Position numbers and translations under genes: made by a program. 64,000 bases of DNA from Mytilus trossulus (taxonomy: Eukaryota), in NCBI RefSeq assembly GCF_036588685.1, contig NC_086380.1, positions 20,832,001 to 20,896,000 on the forward strand, given 5' to 3'. Position 1 is the stretch's first letter. Every line of letters begins with the position of its first letter. This document shows, piece after piece, positions 1-12,300 of this stretch. A model generated the notes under the pieces. The model was given only the letters and a program-made list of their open reading frames with translations, had not been told where the DNA came from and did not search any database.

Positions 1-133
1 AAAATTGAATCCCCATGAAATCTTATAAAGTAACAAAACCAGGTAATTTTAACCATGTAAACCCTAGGAAAATTAATGTTTCTACGAACAAGAACAAATA
101 TTTATAAGTACAAGAGAAGCATTTTGTTGATAG

Positions 134-303
134 GTTTACGATTGATCAACTGTTGTATGAGAAGAAGCTGATTGTGGATATGTCCATGTCTATATGTTTG
201 GATGTGAACACAGACTGTCAGCACAACTTTGACATCTTGGTACAACAGAAATTTCCACAGCCTCTTTGTGACATGGACATGAGTGGATGGACACTCGATA
301 CAA
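134..303 (+). CDS. Module 0 (partial): exon C
   Basis: tag|GTTTACG...ACAA|gtatgt; [28 protein letters not shown]...FPQPLCDMD. Confidence 0.85.
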
Positions 304-3300
304 GTATGTCTATTATTAGATATTATTTTCCATAGAACACTATTATTAGACATAATTTTCCATAGAACACTATTATTAGACATAATTTTCCATAGAACAC
401 TATTATTAGACATAATTTTCCATAGAACACTATTATTAAATATAATTTTCCATAAAACACATTCACAGGGTATATTTTTGATACAGGGGAATATCGGTTG
501 TATAATTTTGTGGTAGACATGGAGCCATGTATGATAACCAGTAACACATTCCTTGCAATACAAGCTAACGTCTGAGACAATGTATAACAATGCAAACTCT
601 ATCAAAATTTTTTTTTAATGGAATATGATGCTATGAATAAAAAGAGATTAGCTAACATTTGAGACAACGCATAACAGTGCAAAGACCCTACATGTTCATG
701 GTAAATGTGTTTACAGTAGAGAATTCTGAATGTTAACAAACCCAAACTACATCTATTGAAATATTTTGAATCAAAACTTATTTGTTTTTATTTTAGACTC
801 CCTTGTTGACTGGGTTAAGGACAAAGGATTAGAAGCTGGACAGTCCTTGTCGACAGCTCTGGCCAATAAATTATTTGATGATTTTGGACTGACCCAGTTC
901 TTGTACAACCCTTCTTGTGACAGGTTCGGTGGAATTTACTCTGGTGCAGTCGATGGCTGGAAGGCAGATGGTAAGATTATAGAAAAAAAAAGATTTTTTA
1001 GAAATTTGATAAAATCTTTAATATGTTTTTACTTGATAGTGTGAGTCCTAGTTTGTAAAAAAATAACTCTGATTAAACAAAAAATTTCTGAAACTAACAT
1101 TGTCAAGATTTTTCATTTTTTGATTGACAACATATTTGTTACGTTTGAAGGACGTGTTTTTCAACAAACAATCAGCCTTTCAATGGGAACCAATGTGCCC
1201 CTCTTTTTGCCAACTTTTGCCTTTATTCTTATGAAGCTGACTTCATCGAAGAAACTTCTTTGGGGGAAAGAAAAGAAGTTAGCAGTATCCTTTAGTTAGA
1301 TATAAGAGGATCTGGTATGAATGCCAACTATCCTTCCAAGACGCAACTTGTGAAAGTAAACCATTATAGGTTAGTTAAAGTATGGTCTTCAACAAGGAGC
1401 CTTGGCCCACACTTAAACAGCAATCTATAAAGGACCCCAAAAATAGAGTAAAACAATTGAATAAGGAAAACCAAAGGTCTAATCTATATTAAAAAAATGC
1501 GAAACAAGAAACACCATTACAAGTGTTTATTTTAGGTTCATCTGTTATAATTTTCATCACACAAGTTACAAGATTATTTAAAAATCCAAAGAAATGAAAA
1601 TATTGGTAATTATGAATACTGTGGATTCTTTTATTTTTAATGGTACCAATTTTCATGAATTGATGAAACCTTGCTTTTTTTGTGGATATGTGATTCTGTG
1701 ATTCTGCCAAAGTCTAGATACAGTTATATGAAAAGTTGTACTTCCTTGAACATTTAAATTCATGGTTGACCTGTTCCTACAAAACCCAAGAAAATTGATA
1801 CCAAAGAATAACAATGAACCCACATTAGTTATTTTCATTTGCACAGTAACTCAACCAAACATGATATTCTTTTATTTATAGCTTGCCCAAAATCTGATGA
1901 TATGACTTTACCGAAGATTCGAGGAACAGTCAGTTGTTACATACCAGATTATTGTACAGGGATTGATTGTTGTGTGGATGTAGGAAAGATCGGCAAATCG
2001 TTCCGTATTTACGCCTTCTTAGATGCTTGTAACTGGAAGCTGAGTATCGGTATCGAGAAACTAGTCTTTAATTTCACCCTTCTGGATTATAAATGGGGTA
2101 TGTATGTTATAAAATTTAAATAATTGAATTGTTTGCTAGTCAAGATTGATTAGCAGTATATCTGATTCATTAGTTCACAGCAGAATTATTCAACTCATCT
2201 CCATTTTATTATGTTCAGGAATTGTCCAAATATTGTGATTTAAATTTGGAAATATTATTGTGAGTATAACAGTAGATGCTATGCTTATTGATACTTTGAA
2301 CATTATAGATATATGAAGAACTTCTGAACAAACGCTCTATAAAGTTTTTTGTAGGTAGAGATCCCTTCAGTGGATACTGATGGTATGCATGGTTTTCAAA
2401 AGAAATAAATCTACAATCTAGTGATATTCAGATATATGTATAATAAATAGATTTAAAAGAAAAAATATATTACTCTTCCTTGAAAAACTTAAAAACTTTT
2501 TCATCAAATACAAGTTACAAGGGGAGGTAAGTTTTGGTTAGGTATTTATATTAAAGCCTCATTAACTGTGTTTTGCCACTTTGGGATACCATGTTACAAA
2601 ACAGGGTAATATATTTTGAGACTATTATTTATTATTTTTTTAGGTGAGAAGAAAACCATGTCAATATTACAAATTCTTAAAATGGAGTAAGTATACCTAT
2701 GATCGATTTCACAACAAACCAGTAAAAGTAGGATATGGCCTATATCTGTACTTTATGTACTTATTTTTATTCGACCAGTCTAAATTTGTCCGAATATTTC
2801 ATCAACCTTACTTGCCCCAATCTTAACCATATGTATATATATATTCAAATATAAATCAATTTGAAATAGGTTATCATTTAATTGCAGCTGATACAAATTT
2901 GTATTTAATGATTGATAGAAGTTGTTACCTATACACCCAGTGGCAAATATTTCATGAATATTCAGGCAGAAAAAAACCGAACAATGAATCCTGCAGGTCA
3001 CATTGCATAGTTGGTTTTAAGTTTAAGTTTTAGTTTTGAACTGCTTAAAAAAAAGAAAAAGAAATTGTCACTTGTATTAGTTATCAAAAGTACCAGGATT
3101 ATAATTTTATATGCCAGACGCGCGTTTTGTCTACATAAGACTGGTACACTATTAGTCTGTTTAAACCTTATTTTGTAACAATATTCTATAATGATTAGCA
3201 CATTGTCAGTCAGATTTAAACAATAAACTTTATTCTTTGCAGGTACATAATTCATGACTTGCAAGCTGAGAAGAAATACATGTTAAACATGAACTTAAGT

Positions 3301-6300
3301 GTTTGTTTTGAGGAGAGTGGACCATGTCTGGTTTCTGTACCAGTATTTGAAAACACCAAACTTCCTAAACTGGGATGTGATTGGACAATAACAAACCTTG
3401 GTGAGTACCAAACTTCCTAAACTTAAATGTGATTGGACAATAACAAACCTTGGTGAGTACCAAACTTCCTAAACTTGAATGTGATTGAACACAAACAAAC
3501 CTTGGTGACTACCAAACTTCCTAAACTTAAATGTGATTGGACACAAACAAACCTTGGTGAGTACCAAACTTCCTAAACTTGAATGTGATTGGACACAAAC
3601 AAACCTTGGTGAGATATGAGTTCCAGTCTTTCATTCATAATTAAAAACTAGAATAGATTAGGTCTAGAGGCTAAAAATATAAAGAATTTTATATTAAAAA
3701 GACTATTCCTAAAACAATTCATAACAATATAGTTTGAAATGAAATGAAATGTTTTAACTTTTTTACAATTTTTCAGATTTCTCATTAAGTGACTTTAAAG
3801 CTCTGAATAGTATTACTGGAGCTGTGACAGGCCTAGCTCGTGACAAGATGCTGGAAGCTCTGGGACTGACACCATATCTGAAGGATCCATCTTGTAGCCG
3901 CACAGTGGCACCATTTGCTGGAGCCGTAAATGGATGGACCAATGGTATGTATATATTTTGTATATTTTTGGATGCAACCAAAATGAAATATACTTATTAA
4001 AGAGAGGCAGACAAAGAGACATTCAAACCCAAAAGTTTTAGAAAAAGTGAAATGACCATAGAAAAAAATACAAGGACTGAGAAACAGTACTTCACAAGGC
4101 ATTTACAAGTGTTTCATAATATAAAAATACTAATATAGTAATTATTTTCTCAACAATTTTAGAAACTTAATCTTTCTTTTTATTTATACTTGAATTTATC
4201 CGTAAATGAAAAATGATTGTTTTATAGTTTTTTTTCTTCTTGTTAATACAAATACAATAATTAGTTGTACATTATTTGTATTTTCAGAGTGTCCTGTGTC
4301 CCTGCCATACCCGTTACAGCCAATTAGCTCCAGCATACCACTAAGGTGTAGCCTCACGGACACCTGTACTGGTGTTACATGCTGTTTAGATATAGCTGAC
4401 TTTGATCTGGCTGTTAACTTTTACATCAGTTTGGATGCTTGTAATTACCAGTTTTCAGCTGGAATTGAAAATTTACCATACAACAAGTCATTGTTAAACT
4501 ATGAGTTTGGAACGGAGGAAATTATAAGTCTGTCTGATGTCGTTCGCTTGAAGTGAGTTATTTTTTATTAAAGATTTGTAGTCTAATTTTTTTATAGTGA
4601 AAAAGATTTGATTTAAACTTTATATGTAAATTTTTTTAAAGGCATATTTCTTAAAAAAAAAAACACCATGTGACTTTTATGCGCATCTGGTGTAAGAAAA
4701 TTGGTACCGTTAATTGTATTACTACCACTGGGTCGATGCCTCTGCTGGTGGACTATTAGTCCCAGAGGGTATCACCAGCCCAGTAACTTGTACTTTGGTA
4801 CTGGCATGAAAATACGGATTTTTTGTGTTATTAAAAATTGCTGTTACAAAATGTTAGAAATTTTTATGAATTAAGGAATGTATCTCCCTCATGCAAAGCT
4901 CTGATTCCTTTCAAGGATTTGGCTATACTTTTTGGACCTTTTGGATTATAGATCTTCATCTTTTATTTAAACTTTGGATTTCAAATATTTTGGCAACGAG
5001 CATCACTGAAGAGACATGTATTGTCGAAATGTGCATCTGGTGTTAGAAAATTGGTACCGTTAATTTTATTAGAGCATTAAATAAAAATAAGTTAGAGTGA
5101 TGACCATTATTGTACTGTCAATTTATGATATCCTTTATTTCCAGGTTTACAATTGATGATTTGAAGACAGAAAAGATGTTTCTAGTAAACGCTGGAGTAT
5201 CATTATGTGTAGACAATAAACAGGCATGCCTTTATACAGTGGAGCTTATGAAAGATGTACTGCTGCCAAAACCTTTGTGTAATCTAGAGACTAAAATCTC
5301 TTTAGCTGGTAAGTAAAACCCTATGACAATATAAAACCAATATGTAATCTAGACTAAAATCTCTTTAGCTGGTAAGTAAAACCCTATGACAATATAAAAC
5401 CAATATGTAATCTAGACTAAAATATCTTTAGCTGGAAAGTAAATTTTTTGATGATAAAAATAGATACAAGAAGTGGTATGAGTGCCAGTGAGACAACTCT
5501 CCATCCAAGTCACAATTTATAAAAGTAAACCATTATAGGTCAAAGTACGGTCTTCAACACGGAGACTTAGCTCAAGTCAAACAGCAATCTAAAACTCTTA
5601 AGGCAGTAAGTAAACCTGTTGAAAATATGTTTGGTCTGTTTGACCAAATGCAAAAGACGATGTTTGCTACATTCTGTATATAATTCTATAGAAAATGTTT
5701 TCTTGAATTTAGATTTGTAACTAACTTGCACCAGTGAAATCTCAGGAAAACCGGTATCCTATATATACAAGTGAAAAATATTTATTTTGATAAAACTTTC
5801 ATAAAAAATATCAAATATTATTCTGTCTGTTCACATTACCATTTTAATGAATAATTCATATTCTCTTTCAGACATATCAGCAACTGATTTCTTGAAAAAT
5901 CAAGTTGACCAAGCTATGGATTTTATGCCAGACTATGTCTCAGATCTGTTCATGGAAGCCACCGGTGTCAAACAGTACATGGAAGAACCGTCCTGTAGCA
6001 GGAGTAGTACCCCTTACTCTCCTTCAACAGACGGATGGAATAAAGGTTAGTACTTTTAGACAGAAGAACCATCCTGTAGCAGGAGTAGTCCCCCTTACTC
6101 TCCTTCAACAGACGGATGGAATAAAGGTTAGTACTTTTAGACAGAAGAACCATCCTGTAGCAGGAGTATTCCCCCTTACTCTCCTTCAACAGACGGATGG
6201 AATAAAGGTTAGTACTTTTAGACAGAAGAACCATCCTGTAGCAGGAGTAGTCCCCCTTACTCTCCTTCAACAGATGGATGGAATAAAGGTCAGTTCATTT

Positions 6301-9300
6301 GATGGTCAAAGATTGAGTCTATGCTCAATCTGAAAACAAGCTATTGTTGCGATAAGATTGGTGTCAAATAATCTGTAGACTTTTACCAATGAATGCCTCC
6401 AAGGCTTTCACATCAATTGTTTTGTGCTTTATATATTAAGGTACAACTCAGATTCTTAAGATTGATCTTAACACAAACAGATTTTAAACAACTTTTTATT
6501 AATTTTCTTCTCATAAGACTAATATTTTGATATCTACCTTTTTTATTTGTATTTAGTTAACAGTATAGACAAATCATAATTTAGCAGTATCTATATTTAG
6601 GGTTTTATATATTTAGCATCGAGTCACATTGGGAATTCTGCTGTTTTGATAAAATGCCTGAGTGGTTCAGAAATAAAACTATTTTTGTCAGATAGGTACT
6701 GAAGTGGTGCTATTCTATTATGCTTCCTTTATAAAACTTTGATATTGAAAAAATTGAACCATAATTGACATGTTCTCAATCAAAACATAATTCTAGCATT
6801 TGGTGAATGTTATTTTAAAAAAGAGGGAGGGTAGGAGGGGTTCTGATCCCGAATTCCCAGGCTTAAAAACACGAAATCCCGAAATCCTGGGCTTAAAAAC
6901 AAGAAATCCTGGGGTCCCGAAATTCAAAAACAAGAATTCCCAGATCCCGAAAGGGTCAATCCTGAAATCCCAAGCTTAAAAACACCCGATTCGGGAGTCT
7001 CAATAAAGGTGCTATTCCCCCACAAAAAAGCATGCCTGGTTTTTTGTTGATATTTGTCTTATACAATTGTATCTTTTTTTTAGAATGTCCATTAGACATA
7101 ACACTACCAGAGATACCTAGCAATATCCCTGTATCATGTCACATACCAGATTATTGCACCGGTATACAATGTTGTGTGGACGTTGAGTTTATAAAGAAGT
7201 CCTTCCACTTCTACATACTGTTAGATGGTTGTCAGTACAGAATCAAAGCTGGAATAGATAGATTTGGCATAGATGAGGCCTTCTTTTCTTTTGATAGTGG
7301 TAAGTGGATGAGGCCTTTCTTTTCATTTGATAGTGGTAAAATAATCGCCGCGATATAATAGCCTTTTTGTGCTAATGCGGCGTAAAGCAGCCAACAATCA
7401 ATCAATCAATCAATTGATAGTGGTAAGTGTTTTGTTTTATAATGGCTCAGCATTGATGATGTAGTAGCTCTTTAATTTTCTCGTTTTAAAGCAAAAAATC
7501 CCAGATTGTGATTTTTCCATAAAATGACATGACATGATACAAAAAAAGATGCCATCTTGGTTTTACAATTTTCATTAATAAGTATAATATTCTGTTTACT
7601 CTTATTGTATAAGATTGTAAGATTTATATATATAATTATCCATTCACAAACCATTTCAAATGTCCATCATCACAATTTGTACAATTGTAAAAGTACCTAA
7701 ATCAGAAAAGAAGAATTTGTAGATTTTGATGATTTGAAGAAAATTTCACATAACATGTATTTGAAAAATGCATCTATGCCTGAGAACCTAATACTGTATT
7801 ATTTTTACTGCTTTTATGATAATATATATGTGAAATTTATGGCACTTTCATTTTTCAGGTATGGTGAAAAACCTTAAGTTGGGCAACATCATGTTTTTAG
7901 AGTGAGTATTACAGATTTAAGGAGGCTCGCGGGTATAAGATTTTCAGAAAAAAAATAAACATTGATTTTTCAATACAAATTTTATTTATAACCTTTGATA
8001 GTTGTAACTTTATCATTTGGTACAAAAATCGTTCCAAAAAATAAATTTGTGTTGACCCCAGGTGACTTTTAAAATGTAGATATCATGTAAAAAGCTCCAA
8101 ATTATCTCCCTTTGGTGCAAAAATGCCATTTTTTGGCATTAGAATTGAAATATCTTTTTTAACTTATCGGTGACCTATATTTTTTATTGTTGTTTTCAAA
8201 TAAGCTGTACATAAACTAAATAATTGTAAAATTTGAGCGATTTCTGTAATTTAGTTCTTTTTTTATTTCGATATTACCGTTTTTTCTCCTATTAGTTCAA
8301 CAGAAAAAGAGGACATCAACAAAAATGTATGCTTCTTTCGAAGGCAGATTGTGAGCGTAAATGAACGGTGACCCCATTTTTTTATTTCATTTTTCTATTA
8401 AGTATAAGATTAAGTTCATTTATAGAAAAATAAAGAGAAATCCTATATTGAATAAAAAAAATCATTTAGACCCGCGAGCCCCCTTAAGTATTTAAATTGG
8501 CTGTTCTGTTTCAAACAAGTCTATATCATTAGCTCACCTGGCCCAAAGGGCCAAGTGAGCTTTTCCCATCACTTGGCATCCGGCTTCCGGCGTCGGCGTC
8601 CATCGCTGTCGTCCGTCGTCGTTGTCCGGCGTCGTTACCTTTTACAAAATCTTATAGATTTTATTATAGATAGAGATAAACTGTTTACAGCATTAATGTT
8701 CAGCAAAGTAAGATTAACTAATAAGTCAACATGACCGAAATGGTCAGTTGACCCCTTAAGGAGTTATTGCCCTTTATAGTCAATTTTTAACCCTTTTTCG
8801 TAAATCTTGGTTATCTTTACAAAAATCTTCTCCTCTGAAACTACAGGGCCAAATTAATCCAAACTTGACAACAATCATCTTTGGGGTATCTAGTTTAAAA
8901 AATGTGTGGCGTGACCTGGTCAACCATCCAAGATGGCCGCCGTGGCTAAAAATAGAACATAGGGGTAAAATGCAGTTTTTGGCTTATAACTCAAAAACCA
9001 AAGCATTTAGAGCAAATCTGACGTGGGGTAAAATTGCTTATCAGATCAATATCGTTATTGGGTTAGTTTAAACATATTTATTTATAGTGGATTGGGAAAC
9101 AAGTTTTGCAACTTATATTAATCCCTTTCCACTTTGCGGGTGCGAGTGCTGCCTTGTAGCGGCATTAGCTTACTCCTTTTTGAAATCTACAAGGGTGTCT
9201 TTAACGTGCAAGAGATATGGCTCTCTCTTAACACAGGTCAGCCATTTAACGTCCCCTTCCAAGGGACTATCATTGTTTCCTCAAGACCATACTCGCAAAT

Positions 9301-12300
9301 GGTGTCAAGGGAGAGCCGAAAATTGAGTTCCTGAAATTTTCATCCCAAACGGGAATCGAAGCAGGAACCTTTGTGCTAGTAGTCTGATGCACTTACCACT
9401 ACACCACGGCTCTCGTTATTGGGTTGCTGCCCGTGAATCGGTAATTTTAAGGAAATTTTGCTGTTTTTGGTTATTATCTTGAATATTATTATAGATTAAG
9501 ATAAACTGTAAACAGCAATAATGTTCAGCAAAGTAAGATTTACAAATAAGTCAACATGACCGAAATGGCCAATTGACCCCTAAGGAGTTATTGTCCTTTA
9601 AAGTCAATTTTTAACAATTTTCATAAAATTTGTAAATTTTTATTAACATTTCCACTGATACTACTGGGCCAAGTTCATTATAGATAGAGATAATTGTAAG
9701 CAGCAAGACTGTTTAGTAAAGTAAGATTTAAAAACACATCACCATCAACAAGATACAATTTTGTCATGAATCCATCTGCTTCCTTTGTTTAATATTCACA
9801 TATACCAAGGTGAGCGACACAGGCTCTTTAGAGCCTCTAGTTTAAGTTATACCATTAGTGACTCATATTTATGTTACTGCATTAATCTTACACGTGTTAA
9901 ATTTTATAGTTTCTTGCTTGTTTTCAATTCTATTTATTTCAATGGAAATTAAATCTTTCCCCAGAATCAGTTAGGATTCCCCTATCCATTTAATTTTTCA
10001 GAAGTGTACTTGAAAAAACATTTACATTGTTGACCAACACAACTAAATGATTCTCTGTTTAATTTCAAATTTCTAAGTAATTTTAGTGGTTTTTAGTGGA
10101 GTTCATGTTGTTTCTTATTTATTATTTATAACTGTTGATGTAAATGTCCTTTATATAGATTAGACCGTTGGTTTTCCCGTTTGAATGGTTTTACACTAGT
10201 AATTTTGGGGCCCTTTATAGCTTGTTGTTCGGTGTGAGCCAAGGCTCCGTGTTGAAGGCCGTACTTTAACCTATAATGGTTTACTTTTTAAATTATTATT
10301 TGGATGGTGAGTTGTCTCATTGGCACTCACACCACATCTTCCTATATCTATTTGTTTTTTTGAGTCTTTGTTTACTCCTTGATTTCGATTGTTATTGTCT
10401 TTATTCTTACAACACTGATGGTTTTCACTGGTAACTATATATGATTGTGAATTTTTAAGTATGATTCTGCTTTTTTTTTTATTTTTGACAATTCTCTTTC
10501 AGTTTTATGGTGATTGATTTACAAGCTGAAAAGAAGTTCATTATTAGTATGAATGTCAGTGTCTGTTTAGAAGAAGGAGAAGCGTGCGACATAACCTTAG
10601 AAATTGTCAAGGATCTGTGCCTTCCAAAAATATTTTGCGACTGGAGCATCAATTTTAACAATTTCTCAACCTCCAATTTCTTGGCCCAGCAAGGACTTTC
10701 TCTCCAGAACCAATTGACTGACATTGTAGTTAAGCAGGTTTTAGAGAAACTTGGTATAGCTGAATATCTACAAGATCCACAGTGTGACATTAACAGTCCA
10801 ATGTACCAATCTCAGCCATCAGATTCTGTCGGTTGGAGAGATGGTAATATTATTTATATGTTTTGCTGTGTTAGAAAAGTACAATTAAGAGATTATACAC
10901 AAATGTAGGCTATACCGAAAAAAGGTAGTCGGAACATTTTTGTGTAGAAATGTCATTTTTGTACAATAATAGAAATTTTATGTTTAGTATTTTGTATATT
11001 AGATTAAAAACATGTTAAAAAATGTTTTCTTCACATCAACATCTATGTATGAGACTAAGACCAGGGTTTCCGCTGGCGGTCGCCATTTTCGCAATTTGCG
11101 AAAAAATAATAATTGTGGCGATTTAAATTCGTCATTGGCGAAAGAATTTGGCGAAAGAAATATATTAAACGATTTATTTTCAGCCATCTTGTTTATTTAC
11201 TTTTTTCGAGTTTCTCAGACTTTACCAATTAGACAATACTCGGAATTCACCTTGAACTTGTTAAGATATTTACAGAAAATCAATAATCAGCTGATTGCAT
11301 TCATAGCTATCGACATCAAAGGACTAATTTATAAAGGTGTTGATTGTTTGATATGACAAAATGATATGGTTAAATGGCTTCTGTCACATATCACAAAAGG
11401 GATTTATAAACCACTTTACGAAGCACGTGTTTGAAGCAAAATTTTTACGCTTCCTCTCCTTCTTTTAATGATAGTCAAGCAAAGAAAATTGTTGTTATGA
11501 CGAAAGATGTTCAATAGCAAGAAAGGTCTCTGATTTAAAACTTTATCATTTCACTTTTATATAGATCATTAATTTGAGTGGGTACTTTAAAATCGTTTCA
11601 GTTACACACGGGTTTCAAGCATATAGTTTTACTTTTAACTTATTTACGATGGTCTAGAAAAGAAAACTGTCGTTATGAAGAAATCTATTCAAAAGGTTGG
11701 CAAGAGAGTAATCCTTCAATGTAACGACTACACCTTACACGAGGGATCAATTCCAAGTGATAAGATGCTTCGTTTTGTTGTAAAAACCACTTCTTATTTA
11801 GGGGGGCTGGAAAAAAGGAAAATTTTAAAAGAAAAATATATTTGTGTTACTTGGCGAAAAAAATAATAAAGTGGCGAAATATATATTTATTTGGCGAAAG
11901 AGATGGCGAAAAAAATAATTGACCCAGGGGAAACCCTGACTAAGACATAATGTAGTAAAATGTCTTATTTGCTTAGTCTATTCGCTCATATCTAAAAATA
12001 AATGGGAAGCTTTCAAAGAAATCTAACAGAGCAATGTTTTATCAACATTTGAACCTTGTTATTTGATATATAACCACTATTTTGTTATTTGATTGTAACC
12101 ACTACCTTGTTATTTTGATATATAACCACTACATTCCTCATTTTAGAATGTCTAGGAGGATTAGTTAACCTTACAGCACTGACTCCATCATCTATAGCCA
12201 CACCTAAAGGATATATTGCATCACGCTGTACTTACATAGACTTCTGTTTATATATACCACTACTAAAGAAGTCTTTCCATGCTTACTTTGACCTCAATTG

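Noticed and set aside
102-605. 167-aa minus-strand ORF with [10 protein letters not shown] repeats, and overlapping ORFs
   Set aside because: Product of a stop-free 30-bp minisatellite; antisense to a real exon.
3355-3613. CRISPR-like appearance of regularly spaced repeats (also 38911-39388 and 46481-46871)
   Set aside because: Head-to-tail repeats without unique spacers, in eukaryotic intron-exon context, with no cas genes.
5905-6333. 142-aa ORF with 27-aa repeats and the antisense ORF 5968..6270
   Set aside because: Alternative frames of the 81-bp tandem duplication; the true exon frame is that of ORF 5847..6050.
9340-9412. tRNA gene on the minus strand
   Set aside because: A/B boxes are present, but it is the head of a ~350-bp TSD-flanked SINE and the B box is mutated.
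11012-11866. ORFs 11012..11356 and 11675..11866 as a transposase
   Set aside because: They lie largely inside an 877-bp non-autonomous element and show no recognisable transposase motifs.
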